Virus record (IMG/VR): IMGVR_UViG_3300025000_000008
Strand: one strand, 5' to 3'
DNA: 64,000 bases
DNA from: an uncultured virus (IMG/VR IMGVR_UViG_3300025000_000008)
Lineage: Duplodnaviria > Heunggongvirae > Uroviricota > Caudoviricetes
Positions within the stretch are counted from its first letter, which is position 1, and each line of letters starts with the position of its first letter. The notes under the pieces were generated by a model, which searched no databases, was not told the origin of the DNA, and was given only the letters and a program-made list of their open reading frames with translations. A program made the translations under genes and the position numbers. This document shows, in pieces, positions 47,560-57,234 of the stretch.

Positions 47560-47976
47560 ATGACCAGAATCAATGTAGTCCCACCCGCAGAGATTTGCGA
47601 CCAGCAGCTTATAGCTGAATGGCGCGAGCTGACCAGAATCCCCAATGGTATTGTTGCCGGGAAGTATATAATTGATTTGGAACAGATCCCCGCGCAATAC
47701 ACCGTCAGGACTGAAGATAATCCGGATGGTGGCAAAGGGCATATGAAATTCTTCTTCAATAAGTTAAAGTTCCTGTATCGCCGATATGAAGCGATCAGGG
47801 ATGAGCTTGCCCAGCGGGGAATGCCAAGACGGAGTATGTGGCCGGTTGATTATTATTTCGTCATACTTGATCTTTGGAATGATTATGAACCGACCCCGGA
47901 AGCAATGGCTCTGAACAGAAAACGGATTGCGGAGAAGTTCCCCAAGAAACCAAGATATGCAGGAGAAGCGCTATGA
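47560..47976 (+). CDS. denV: Pyrimidine-dimer DNA glycosylase (T4 endonuclease V-like)
   Basis: MTRIN, DQQLIAEWREL.R, GKGHMKFF.NKL.FL..RY. Confidence 0.92.
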   Translation: MTRINVVPPAEICDQQLIAEWRELTRIPNGIVAGKYIIDLEQIPAQYTVRTEDNPDGGKGHMKFFFNKLKFLYRRYEAIRDELAQRGMPRRSMWPVDYYFVILDLWNDYEPTPEAMALNRKRIAEKFPKKPRYAGEAL

Positions 47977-48128
47977 GCAGAAATCAACGAGATTCAAATT
48001 TGTTCTGTTTATTTATCGGCTTTTGTCTGTGGGTCGCGGTAATAATGATTGTCATCTATAGCGATGATATTGCCAAGGCCCAGGCGGGAATGAAAAGTCA
48101 TTTCTCCCATGCTCAGGTAATGCCATGA
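47973..48128 (+). CDS. Small membrane protein (not in ORF track)
   Basis: LFCLFIGFCLWVAVIMIVIY; ATGA overlap. Confidence 0.5.
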   Translation: MSRNQRDSNLFCLFIGFCLWVAVIMIVIYSDDIAKAQAGMKSHFSHAQVMP

Positions 48129-48133
48129 ATACC

Positions 48134-48256
48134 ATGAAAAAGAAAATCAAGATCGTCATTGCGATAATCCTTTTTCTCCTCCTTTTTGGTCTGGCGGGGA
48201 CCATGGATTATAATGATAAATTCGAAGAAAACGATACCATTGAAGTAAAATATTAA
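48134..48256 (+). CDS. Small membrane protein (not in ORF track)
   Basis: MKKKIKIVIAIILFLLLFGLAGTMDY. Confidence 0.5.
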   Translation: MKKKIKIVIAIILFLLLFGLAGTMDYNDKFEENDTIEVKY

Positions 48257-48274
48257 CATCAGCCGGAGACGAAA

Positions 48275-48793
48275 ATGATTGCCGAAGATATCAAAACCCA
48301 GAATGAATTGATTGAGAAGCATCTTGGTCAGGTAAATAAAATGGCATGGTCCTTTGCCAAGACGACCGGAGCGGAGTTTGATGAACTGAAGAGCGAAGGA
48401 ACCCTGGCGTTGATCAGGGCTATCCGAAACTGGGACCCGGATAAGGGAATTCAGCTTTCAACCCTCGTTCAGATTGTTGTCCGGAATCAGATGATTTCGT
48501 ATTTGGCAATCAAGAAAAAACATTCCCCGGTAGAGCCGGTCGATGTAACCTGCCGGCATGCATCTGGGGTTCAGAGGTATGAGTTTTTGGATACCCTGGC
48601 TTCAATGGGGAATGAGGCGAAGGAAATTATGAAAATAGTTTTTGAGGCTCCGTGTGAAGTCCTGGGGATCGCCTTGGATAGTTCTCCATGCACGGTTCGG
48701 GTGGCAATCAAAAACTTCCTTTTTGAGATGGGGTTTACCAGGAAGGAAATCAATCACGGTATCAATGAAATCAAAAGTGTATTGAGGGGGTAA
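48275..48793 (+). CDS. Sigma70-family RNA polymerase sigma factor (region 2)
   Basis: NELIEKHL..V..MA, FDEL.SEG.LALIRAI..WDPDKG.QLST. Confidence 0.82.
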   Translation: MIAEDIKTQNELIEKHLGQVNKMAWSFAKTTGAEFDELKSEGTLALIRAIRNWDPDKGIQLSTLVQIVVRNQMISYLAIKKKHSPVEPVDVTCRHASGVQRYEFLDTLASMGNEAKEIMKIVFEAPCEVLGIALDSSPCTVRVAIKNFLFEMGFTRKEINHGINEIKSVLRG

Positions 48794-48796
48794 GTT

Positions 48797-48997
48797 ATGG
48801 CAAAGAAAACCAAGACTGAAAAGATAATCGATATCATCATGAGTCGGGGCTGTGTGGAAGTCATTCCTTCAAAATCGCGGAAATATCGCCAATTTAGTAT
48901 ACTCGCAAGCAAGGAATTCTACTGGATCGGTAAGGCAGGGGCATGTCGGCGTGGGTTGACTTCCTCATCTTCTATGGCTCAATACATAATGGTATAA
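48797..48997 (+). CDS. Small basic hypothetical protein
   Basis: RBS GAGGGG; TAATG coupling to the helicase. Confidence 0.55.
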   Translation: MAKKTKTEKIIDIIMSRGCVEVIPSKSRKYRQFSILASKEFYWIGKAGACRRGLTSSSSMAQYIMV

Positions 48998-50913
48998 TGC
49001 AACTCCGACAACTAATCAAAAATGATCCTCAGTATACTATTGCCGCCCTGCTCCATCTATTCGGGGGTGATAATGACTTCAAGTGTACTGAGCAAAAGAT
49101 CCTCAAGATCCTGGCGAAGCAATACGAGCGGAATGGTTTTCTTTCCCCGGAGCAATTAAATGCTGTCGCCAGGATCTTGCCAAAGTATCACGATAAACTC
49201 GAAGGTCTCGTTTTTGAATCCATCCCTGCAGAAAAAAAAGAAGTCGCCCCATCAAAGTTTGACAAATCAGCCTGGCTTGATGGAGAACGAATCCGGTTAA
49301 AATCCGATGATCTTGCCGATGCAATCCGCACAAAACAACTCTTCGACCGCAGGTATTCCAAAAATACCAACACCTATAGTTGCCAATTTACCCTTGATAA
49401 TCTTCTTAATCTCCGGGAGTGGGGCTTTAAATTCAGCCAAGAACTCCGCCGGAAACAGCGAAATATCTGCAGGAAAGCCAGTACCATATCTGGTGAAATA
49501 GAAATCCCTGACCTTCCCGGAACCCTCCGTGATTACCAAAAAGAAGGGGTCAACTTCCTGAATATCAAAAACGGCCGGGCTTTGATTGCTGATGAAATGG
49601 GGGTCGGTAAAACCATTCAGGCCCTGGCGTATTGTCAGCTCGTCAAAGAAGAAAAGCCAATCCTGATCGTAACAACCGGAGGATCAAAACTCAACTGGAG
49701 GAATGAAGTCCGGATCTGGCTCCCGAATTGCTCGACCTATATTTGCGAGGGTCGAAAACCAACAATCGGGAAGATCGATGCCGAGGTTTATATAATAAAC
49801 TACGACATCCTCAAAGGGTGGGAAAAAGTATTATTGGCAACCGAGTTCAAGATCCTGATTGGTGATGAGATTCATAAAATCAAAAACCCCACTACCCACC
49901 GATCAAAATCATTTGCAAAGCTCGGGGTATCGATTGAGAAATTTATTGCCATGAGCGGCACCCCTTTTGATAACCGACCTATCGAGTTGTTTGCTTCCGT
50001 ATCGCTTCTAGCCCCTTGGCTCTTCCCTTCTTATTGGGATTATGCAAAACGCTATTGTGCGGCCTACGAATCGCCTTGGGGTTGGGATGTATCCGGCAAG
50101 AGTCATATTGACGAGTTATACGACAAACTCGGGTATATTATGATCAGGCGAAAAAAGTCGGATGTCCTGAAGGAACTCCCGGAAAAGAACCGGCAGATCA
50201 TCCCGATTCAATACGAAGAAAGGGTTTATAAACAAGGATTGAAAGAATACCGAGATTGGGCCAGGCGGGAATGGAAAGAAGATGATGACGGATTCATGCA
50301 ATATTTCCGGGATAATCCAGCGGCAGCTATGGTCGAAATTGAGAAGTTAAAACTTGCTGTTGCCCGAAGTAAAATACAATCTGTTTATGAATGGATTGAG
50401 GATTATCTTGAAAACGAAGATAAGCTCGTTGTCTTTTGCGAACATCGAGAAATTCAGGAATTATTGTTGCAAAAATTCAAAGGGATTTCTATCCATTCAA
50501 AAGAAAAGAATTCAGCTCATGAATTCCAGAAATGTACTACTTGTGGGATTGATCAGGATAAACATAGTACCAATCCTGATTCCTGTGAAAAGTATTCCCC
50601 GAATATGAAAACCAGATTGTTTATTGCTGGTCGGGATGCTATCGAGGCAATTACCCTAACCGCGGCGCGAGCGACATGTACGGTGGAATTCTGGTGGGTG
50701 TGGGCCAAACATGCGCAGGCTGAAGACCGGGTGCATAGGATCGGACAAGAGCATGATTCGGTTGATGCCTTCTATTTGATTGCTGACGGCACGATTGAAA
50801 ATGATATAATCAAGATACTCGATAAGAAAAGGCGAACATCTGACGAAGCCCTGGATGGGATAAAGACCGAGAAAGATGATTTATTGGCAGGTTTGCTCGC
50901 CAGTTTGGTATAA
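48997..50913 (+). CDS. SNF2-family helicase (SMARCAL1/HARP-like)
   Basis: LRDYQKEGV, IADEMGVGKT, DEIH.IKN, SGTP..NRP, QAEDRVHRIGQ. Confidence 0.92.
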   Translation: MQLRQLIKNDPQYTIAALLHLFGGDNDFKCTEQKILKILAKQYERNGFLSPEQLNAVARILPKYHDKLEGLVFESIPAEKKEVAPSKFDKSAWLDGERIRLKSDDLADAIRTKQLFDRRYSKNTNTYSCQFTLDNLLNLREWGFKFSQELRRKQRNICRKASTISGEIEIPDLPGTLRDYQKEGVNFLNIKNGRALIADEMGVGKTIQALAYCQLVKEEKPILIVTTGGSKLNWRNEVRIWLPNCSTYICEGRKPTIGKIDAEVYIINYDILKGWEKVLLATEFKILIGDEIHKIKNPTTHRSKSFAKLGVSIEKFIAMSGTPFDNRPIELFASVSLLAPWLFPSYWDYAKRYCAAYESPWGWDVSGKSHIDELYDKLGYIMIRRKKSDVLKELPEKNRQIIPIQYEERVYKQGLKEYRDWARREWKEDDDGFMQYFRDNPAAAMVEIEKLKLAVARSKIQSVYEWIEDYLENEDKLVVFCEHREIQELLLQKFKGISIHSKEKNSAHEFQKCTTCGIDQDKHSTNPDSCEKYSPNMKTRLFIAGRDAIEAITLTAARATCTVEFWWVWAKHAQAEDRVHRIGQEHDSVDAFYLIADGTIENDIIKILDKKRRTSDEALDGIKTEKDDLLAGLLASLV

Positions 50914-50937
50914 TAGAAGAAAATTTTTGGAGGATTT

Positions 50938-51150
50938 ATGAAAGAACTTTCGGCAGAAAAGGCAAAGGCATTGAGACTTGAAAGAACTTCAAAAGGTCTT
51001 TGCGACCGCTGCGGAAAACCTGCAGAAGAAGGGCTTCATCGCTGCAACAAATGCGGTATAACCCATAGGATAAAAGAACGGAATAGAAGAGGACTTGATC
51101 CTTGGAATAAATCAGGTAAGGGGCAAGCCTGGAGATATCAAGGCGAATGA
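50938..51150 (+). CDS. Zinc-finger protein
   Basis: GLCDRCG...CNKC. Confidence 0.6.
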   Translation: MKELSAEKAKALRLERTSKGLCDRCGKPAEEGLHRCNKCGITHRIKERNRRGLDPWNKSGKGQAWRYQGE

Positions 51151-52094
51151 TTGATATCCTCAAACTCTACCGTGATTACCGAATTGAATACCGGGATCAT
51201 GGACACAAGCATTGCCGGTCAGGTTGGGTGCAGATTGAATGCCCATTCTGTTCCGGCAATGCTGGTTTTCACCTCGGCTATTGTGTCGATTCCCGTAGCA
51301 AATTTGCCGGGGTTTTCGTCTGCTGGCGCTGTGGCGGTCACCATGAACAAAAAGTCCTGAAAGAGATCCTCAAGGACCATAAACCGCGCCATGACCACAA
51401 AGAAATCCTCAAGCAGTATCGGATATCCGGCTTCGCCGGCCCTTCCGTCGATACACAACTCAAACTCGTCAAAACCTCTTTCAAATATCCCAGCGGAACG
51501 GATATTATGCAGGACCATCACCGCCGGTATCTCCTGAAAAGAAACTTCGATCCTGACTATATCGAAAGCGAGTGGGGAGTTCTCGGGACCGGCCCAATCT
51601 CTTCTTTAAGTGTCGGCCGAGGGAAAGAGAAGAAGTATATCGATTATCGCAATAGAATCATTATCCCCATAGAGTGGGATGGAAAAATAGTTTCTTTCCA
51701 AGGTAGGGATATTACAAACCGTCACAAAATGAAGTATCTCGCTTGCCCTGAAGAGCGGGAAATCATTAATCTGAAAACCATCCTTTATGGGAAATCGAAT
51801 GGTAAAAGAGGGGTCCTTGTTGAAGGTGTTACCGATGTTTGGCGTTTAGGATTTGGCTCTTTATCTACTTTTGGGATAAAATATACCCTGAAGCAAATAA
51901 AATGCCTGAGCAAGTTTGAAATGGTATTTATCTTATTTGATCCGGAAGAGCAGGCCCAACAACAGGCGGAGAAGATCGAAGCGGCATTAAATTTCAGGGG
52001 CGTGAAAACCAAGATTTTGACAGATATAACCACAGATCCAGGAGAAATGAAGCAGGATGATGCAGACCTTTTGATGGAGGATTTGGGCTTATGA
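51147..52094 (+). CDS. DNA primase (Zn ribbon + TOPRIM)
   Basis: CPFC...CWRCG, RIIIPI, SFQGR, VEGVTD, LFDPE, DPG. Confidence 0.88.
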   Translation: MIDILKLYRDYRIEYRDHGHKHCRSGWVQIECPFCSGNAGFHLGYCVDSRSKFAGVFVCWRCGGHHEQKVLKEILKDHKPRHDHKEILKQYRISGFAGPSVDTQLKLVKTSFKYPSGTDIMQDHHRRYLLKRNFDPDYIESEWGVLGTGPISSLSVGRGKEKKYIDYRNRIIIPIEWDGKIVSFQGRDITNRHKMKYLACPEEREIINLKTILYGKSNGKRGVLVEGVTDVWRLGFGSLSTFGIKYTLKQIKCLSKFEMVFILFDPEEQAQQQAEKIEAALNFRGVKTKILTDITTDPGEMKQDDADLLMEDLGL

Positions 52095-52279
52095 AAAAGA
52101 AAATCGGGGAGGAAGTGAAGATACAAAAAACAAGGAGAATTCAAGTAAAAACTGAACAGTATGGGTTATCGAAAGAAATTGTTGCTTTAATTCCGGATCA
52201 AGGGGGGCTTGAGGCCAGAAAGTATTATGACCACATGGAGAAATATCGACAGGAACGTGAAATGTTCGATATTTTTTAA
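52091..52279 (+). CDS. Hypothetical protein
   Basis: ATGA overlap. Confidence 0.5.
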   Translation: MKKKIGEEVKIQKTRRIQVKTEQYGLSKEIVALIPDQGGLEARKYYDHMEKYRQEREMFDIF

Positions 52280-52305
52280 GACAAACAAATCAAAGGAAAA
52301 TAACC

Positions 52306-53154
52306 ATGAAAATCATCAAACCAGAAGTACAGTTTTTTGGAGAAGTCCCGACAGAATATAATGCTGCGCTCAAGTTTATCGAGATGGCCGGGCGAACCTG
52401 TTACAAATCAGAGGATAAGATCACCGAGACCAGCGCCGAGGGATTCGTCCGGAAGCTGATCAAGGCCGGGCATCTGGCTATGGTTGAGCATTCGAATTTT
52501 GTGGTTAGATTTGATAACCCGAATGTAAATGTTATTCATGTTTTGGGTAATTTTCTTAATATGCACAGCGATAACCATTTTACTTACGTGGGTGGAAGTC
52601 TTACGGCGTGGTATAACCAGCTAAAAGCAATTAAAAGTTATGCACCTGTATTTTTTCCATTTATAAAGCTGTACAGTGGATTATTTAATTTATTTGATTT
52701 GTATGCAGATTCTTGGGAAGTATGCCCCCATGACGAAATCCCCAAAGAACTCCACCGCTACTCAGCAAAGTTTATCTGTGATCGCGGGGTCAGTCATGAA
52801 CTGGTGCGGCATAGGCCCTGCTCGTTTGCGCAGGAGTCAACCAGGTATGTAAATTACGCCGGCAAGGATATGGAGTTTATTGCCCCGGATGAATATGATT
52901 CTTTTACTTTGGAACAATTATATTTGTTTGAAAGAATGTGTGTCACTTCCGAAAACTTCTATAACAAAATGATCAGGCTGGGACAGACACCTCAACAGGC
53001 TCGTGCGCTTTTGATAAACGCCCTGAAGACTGAGATCGTAGTCACGGCAGATGCAACTGAATGGAAACACATCAAGAAGTTGCGGACGGCGAAGTCAGCC
53101 CACCCTGACATGCAGCGGGTAATGAACATGATGCCTTGGGATTCATTCCTGTAA
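52306..53154 (+). CDS. thyX: Flavin-dependent thymidylate synthase
   Basis: GRTCYKSE, GHLAMVEH, RGVSHELVRHR..SFAQESTRY, AHPDM. Confidence 0.95.
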   Translation: MKIIKPEVQFFGEVPTEYNAALKFIEMAGRTCYKSEDKITETSAEGFVRKLIKAGHLAMVEHSNFVVRFDNPNVNVIHVLGNFLNMHSDNHFTYVGGSLTAWYNQLKAIKSYAPVFFPFIKLYSGLFNLFDLYADSWEVCPHDEIPKELHRYSAKFICDRGVSHELVRHRPCSFAQESTRYVNYAGKDMEFIAPDEYDSFTLEQLYLFERMCVTSENFYNKMIRLGQTPQQARALLINALKTEIVVTADATEWKHIKKLRTAKSAHPDMQRVMNMMPWDSFL

Positions 53155-53184
53155 AATAAATATTAACAACTGGAGGAAATCATC

Positions 53185-53376
53185 GTGATTATTTGCTGTT
53201 GTAATCAAGCCCTGTCTTTATGCTCAGATACCTGCATTCGATGGTGGCGCCGGACCCATAAACCAAATGAGGTAATACGGGTAAAGGCATGGTCAAAACA
53301 CCCTAAAGAATCTCCATCGATACAAGCAGCAATTGATTATGCAAAGGGGTTAAACTGGCCGGAAACAGATGATTGA
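53185..53376 (+). CDS. Hypothetical protein
   Basis: RBS GGAGG; GTG start. Confidence 0.5.
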   Translation: MIICCCNQALSLCSDTCIRWWRRTHKPNEVIRVKAWSKHPKESPSIQAAIDYAKGLNWPETDD

Positions 53377-53447
53377 AATAAATAATTAGTTGATATAAAA
53401 ATAACACTTTTATTTCTAATCTAATTATATTATAAAGGCTTTTAAAG

Positions 53448-53540
53448 GGTCGCGCCTTTTACTCGGTTTGAAATATTGATCCCCCTGGAATGTGAGTAGG
53501 TAACCGACCTGCGCGACCTCATTTTCCAGGGGGATTTTTT
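53448..53540 (+). ncRNA. Structured leader RNA, C4/CI-antisense-like, with terminator stem
   Basis: 12-bp stem ATCCCCCTGGAA/TTCCAGGGGGAT plus T-run; internal AACCGA and GCGCGACC are complementary to upstream TCGGTT and GGTCGCGC. Confidence 0.65.
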
Positions 53541-53554
53541 GTTTTGGAGTCAAT

Positions 53555-54130
53555 ATGAGATTTGAAAACGAAAGAGAATTGGTAAAAGCCTATTTAGAAA
53601 AATGTGAAAAGACTAAATATTGCGAAATAACAGAACAAGACCTCCCATGTAAAAATAGATTTGTGGAATTTATACTTCCCGGATTTGGAAGAATAGATTT
53701 AATTGATTTTTCTTTTGGGGCTAATCCATTTGATGGTATTTTATATGGAATAGTTCATATATTGGAATTCAAAAATAATAGCCTTTGTAGAGATGATGTC
53801 GTCCAAGTCAATAGGTATTATCAAGGAATAAAAAATATAATAAAAGATAAATTTAACATCTATGATATAAATCAAAAAAAGACATCGATTCATATTGGTT
53901 TATATTTAATTGGATCTGAAGCAAATTTCAATCCCGATACAATGTTGCTCATTGATTCGATTCCTGAACTACAAATTATGACACATAAAATAGTAAATGG
54001 GAAAATAGAAATAGATTTTGATCCTCTAAAAGGAGTAGAATATCCAGCAGATACCAACCCGGTGTTAGATAAACACCTAACTGCCGCTAAATATGAATGG
54101 GATAATATTCGTAAGGCAGGGGGTAATTGA
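53555..54130 (+). CDS. PD-(D/E)XK nuclease-like protein
   Basis: E.ELV, GRIDLI, ILEFK, QVNRY; AT-rich. Confidence 0.6.
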   Translation: MRFENERELVKAYLEKCEKTKYCEITEQDLPCKNRFVEFILPGFGRIDLIDFSFGANPFDGILYGIVHILEFKNNSLCRDDVVQVNRYYQGIKNIIKDKFNIYDINQKKTSIHIGLYLIGSEANFNPDTMLLIDSIPELQIMTHKIVNGKIEIDFDPLKGVEYPADTNPVLDKHLTAAKYEWDNIRKAGGN

Positions 54131-54132
54131 TT

Positions 54133-55020
54133 ATGCCAAATACCATTGAAGATAAACCCAAAAGAAAAACTAAAGGTATTTGGATTCCTATTGAAATTTG
54201 GGAGCATGAAGATTTAAGTTTGCAAGAGAAGGTATTTCTTGCGGAAATTGATAGTCTTGATAATGATGATGGGTGTTGGGCTTCCAATGAATATTTCGCC
54301 AAACACTTTGATTTATCCAAAAATAGGATCAGCGTCGTAATATCTTCTTTAGTGAATAAAGGTTTTCTCACAAATCATCTTATCTATAAGGAAAATTCCA
54401 AAGAAATTTATAGAAGAATTCTTAGAATAACAAGTAGTTTATATCCATCAAAACATTGCCCCCCTATATCTGAAAACGCAAATACCCCCTCCCTTTGGAA
54501 ACGCAACGAGGGTATCCTTGGAAGTAAAGATACCCCTCCCTTTGAAAACGCAAAGGATAATAATCTATCTTTTAACAATCCAAAAGAATATCTTTTAAAA
54601 GATATAGGCGCTCCTTCGGAGCTGCCGTCTTCTAGTTCTAATACTTCCAAAAATAATCTTATAGCAAAAGCAAATAGAATTATAAAACATCTAAATAAAG
54701 TTACCTCCAAAAATTTAAAATTACTCCCCGCAAATAGACAACCAATAATCGCCAGACTCAAGGTTTATACTTACAAAGACTGTATCGAAGTTATCAATAA
54801 AAAATCCAAACATGAATGGTTCGTCGAAAATGGCAATATGACCATTGATACTTTATTCCGCCCAAAGAATTTCGACAAATACCTTAACGAAGATCCCAAA
54901 CAATTCAAGAAACAAAACAAAGGCCCAAGTAATGGTTCTGGAGTTTCCGGCACAATGAACTACCAAAAAGGGAAAACTATAAAAGTTGAATGGGTAGACT
55001 TAGGAGAAGATAATGAATGA
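54133..55020 (+). CDS. Replication initiator (lambda O-like: N-terminal wHTH, conserved phage C-terminal domain)
   Basis: GIWIP..IW...LS..EK..LAEI.SL....GCWASN.YFA; II.HLN; TLF.PKNFDKYLN; followed by DnaC. Confidence 0.88.
   Translation: MPNTIEDKPKRKTKGIWIPIEIWEHEDLSLQEKVFLAEIDSLDNDDGCWASNEYFAKHFDLSKNRISVVISSLVNKGFLTNHLIYKENSKEIYRRILRITSSLYPSKHCPPISENANTPSLWKRNEGILGSKDTPPFENAKDNNLSFNNPKEYLLKDIGAPSELPSSSSNTSKNNLIAKANRIIKHLNKVTSKNLKLLPANRQPIIARLKVYTYKDCIEVINKKSKHEWFVENGNMTIDTLFRPKNFDKYLNEDPKQFKKQNKGPSNGSGVSGTMNYQKGKTIKVEWVDLGEDNE
54459..54556 (+). repeat. Iteron-like direct repeats inside the initiator (putative origin)
   Basis: ATACCCC(C)TCCCTTTG(G/A)AAACGCAA at 54482 and 54530; partial TGAAAACGCAAA at 54471; AT-rich sequence follows. 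Confidence 0.75.
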
Positions 55021-55717
55021 TGTTTTTGATGATTTTGACATAATCGAATTTCCAAATCAAGAACAGGTATTTTGTCAATGCGGGGATAAAGTAAGTTTTG
55101 GTTGCGAGGATCAATGCCGGGTTTGTTTCTATTCAGCCAAATTCAAGGCCAAAAATATTCTTACCCACCTGAGCGAAGCTAATGTCCCGCCTAAATCTGC
55201 TCGTAGAGCGTCAAAACTGGCTCTACGCTTCAAGGAAAATAAAAAGGCTTATCCTGGGTCGCTTATCCCCGAAACATTTAGTCACAGCCTGTTTCTCCCC
55301 GGCAAAGCCGGAATAGGGAAAACATCTTTTGCCCTCCTGACTATGATGTATCACATGGAGCAGTTCAATTGCGTAAAAGGGAGATTCCAGAAGGGGAAAA
55401 CTTTTTTATTTGAAACAACTCAAGATATGATCCAAATTTTACGGCATGCCATCCGGGGTTCCGTCGAAGATGAAATTGCAACAATCGACAAATACAAAAA
55501 CGTGGACTTCCTGATCCTTGATGATTTTGGGGTGGAGAAAAGTACCGACTGGGCATTCTCGGTTTTGTATCTGATCATCTCTCACCGATATGAAGAAGAT
55601 AAGCAGACGATCTTCACTAGCAACTTCGATCTGGATCAATTGGCCGAGAAGAACAATGACGAGCGCCTGACCCGTAGAATTTCCGATTGGTGCAAAATAA
55701 TCCACTTGACAAGATAA
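55013..55717 (+). CDS. DnaC/IstB-like helicase loader ATPase
   Basis: GKAGIGKT, LILDDFGVEK.TDW, II..RY, TIFTSN, RL..RI. Confidence 0.92.
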   Translation: MNDVFDDFDIIEFPNQEQVFCQCGDKVSFGCEDQCRVCFYSAKFKAKNILTHLSEANVPPKSARRASKLALRFKENKKAYPGSLIPETFSHSLFLPGKAGIGKTSFALLTMMYHMEQFNCVKGRFQKGKTFLFETTQDMIQILRHAIRGSVEDEIATIDKYKNVDFLILDDFGVEKSTDWAFSVLYLIISHRYEEDKQTIFTSNFDLDQLAEKNNDERLTRRISDWCKIIHLTR

Positions 55718-55789
55718 ATTGAATCAAAATGCTGGTCATTGAAGTATAATATGTCGAACGGTTAAAACAAAATCAGGAGGGGAAATAAA

Positions 55790-56095
55790 ATGTATCTATG
55801 TTCAGAAAAATGCCCTTTAGAGACAAATTGTGAAGGGGTATGTTTTTATCCAAATTTTAGAATAAAAACGCCAACACCAAATACCCCTGAGCCTGACCCG
55901 GTCAAAAATAATCACCCGGCGGTTTGGGATCTCGTCTTGAAGGATATGGCCGAGCGGGATGCAATCGGGGAGCAGAAATACGGAACCAGACTTCAGCCGC
56001 ATAATGGCCGGGATGCTTTGGTGGATTTATATCAGGAACTTTTAGATGCGGTCGTTTATATCCGGCAGACAATTTACGAACGGGATAATAAATAA
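55790..56095 (+). CDS. All-alpha NTP pyrophosphohydrolase-like phage protein
   Basis: RD.IG..KYGT.LQ..NGRD.L.D.YQELLD.VVY. Confidence 0.55.
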   Translation: MYLCSEKCPLETNCEGVCFYPNFRIKTPTPNTPEPDPVKNNHPAVWDLVLKDMAERDAIGEQKYGTRLQPHNGRDALVDLYQELLDAVVYIRQTIYERDNK

Positions 56096-56096
56096 C

Positions 56097-56270
56097 ATGA
56101 TCCCAATAATTCAGCGAGACTGCGGAAAATGTCGGGAACTGTATATAGAAAATCAGAAAACGCTTTGTCGTAAATATCCCGGTCGGATACTCCTCGGAGA
56201 AAGGTTGCGGGCTTGCAAGAACGGAGAAATCAAACCTGTTCAAATTATTTGTCCAGTTTGCGGCAAATAA
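56097..56270 (+). CDS. Small Cys-rich protein
   Basis: CxxC...C...C...CPVCG. Confidence 0.45.
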   Translation: MIPIIQRDCGKCRELYIENQKTLCRKYPGRILLGERLRACKNGEIKPVQIICPVCGK

Positions 56271-56305
56271 AACAATTTACAATGAGTAAAAAGCGAGGGA
56301 TTGAA

Positions 56306-56617
56306 ATGAAAAGATATCTACTAGCAATATTGATCCTTTTAAGTATCCCGACGGTATCTTTTGCAGGAGAAAAATGGGAAGAAAAATGTGCCGTAATTTC
56401 TAATCTTGCTTATGTAATAATGGAAGCCCGGCAGAACGGAGCACCAATGCAAAAAATTATGGAAAAGGTAGTTGGGACAAAAATATACGAGCGAATGGTC
56501 TTTGAAGCGTATGAGACTCCAAGATTCAATACAGAAGAATACCAGACTGATGCAGAGAATGATTTTCGCGATCGGTGGTACTTGTTATGTTCTAAAAATT
56601 TAAGCGAGGGGAAATAA
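56306..56617 (+). CDS. Small secreted protein
   Basis: MKRYLLAILILLSIPTVSFA|G; C..I..LA..IM.ARQ.G...AY..P...C. Confidence 0.7.
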   Translation: MKRYLLAILILLSIPTVSFAGEKWEEKCAVISNLAYVIMEARQNGAPMQKIMEKVVGTKIYERMVFEAYETPRFNTEEYQTDAENDFRDRWYLLCSKNLSEGK

Positions 56618-57231
56618 TGATCGATCTGAAACAAACAATGCTGAAAAATTGGCAGGAGAAGAATTTTCCCCGCAGCAGATATGAAGCGATGACCAAGGAT
56701 GAACTTATTGATATGATTTTGATCATGCAGTTTACCCTTGGCATGGCAGAAGAAGTCGGAGAGATTTGCCACCATATCCTGAAGGGGGTACAAGGTATTC
56801 GCGGTGGAGTTAATGGAATAGATAAGAAACAAGTCGCGGATGGATTTGGTGATACAATAGTATTTGGCGAACAACTTTGCTCTGCTCTTGATATTAATGC
56901 TGAAGAAGAGGTTTCTGAAGTAATTGATGCGGTATTGAAGAGAAACTGGAAAGAAGATCCGAGCGGCAAGAAGATGAAAACCCCAATTCAGGAATATTGT
57001 ACCTGTTTAGCGGATGGGGTATTTACTACGACTTCATATGATAGGAAGAAAGACCGCTATATTTGTGATGAATGTAAGAAAATGCAATCATTTGTTTCAT
57101 TAATGGGTCAATATAAAGAATATTGCGACTGTAAACAAAAAGGAATATTGACCTCTTCATTTCATGATAGAGAAGGTAAACCCATTTGCTTTAATTGTTA
57201 TTTGCCTAAAAAGCCTTATCAGCCGGTTTGA
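56617..57231 (+). CDS. MazG-like nucleotide pyrophosphohydrolase with Cys-rich C-terminus
   Basis: WQ..NF, LGMAEEVGE..H..LK..QGIRG, D..GD; two Cys-rich repeats at the C-terminus. Confidence 0.8.
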   Translation: MIDLKQTMLKNWQEKNFPRSRYEAMTKDELIDMILIMQFTLGMAEEVGEICHHILKGVQGIRGGVNGIDKKQVADGFGDTIVFGEQLCSALDINAEEEVSEVIDAVLKRNWKEDPSGKKMKTPIQEYCTCLADGVFTTTSYDRKKDRYICDECKKMQSFVSLMGQYKEYCDCKQKGILTSSFHDREGKPICFNCYLPKKPYQPV

Positions 57232-57234
57232 TCA

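Noticed and set aside
48993..48998. TATAAT as a promoter
   Set aside because: It coincides with the TAATG stop/start overlap of two coupled genes.
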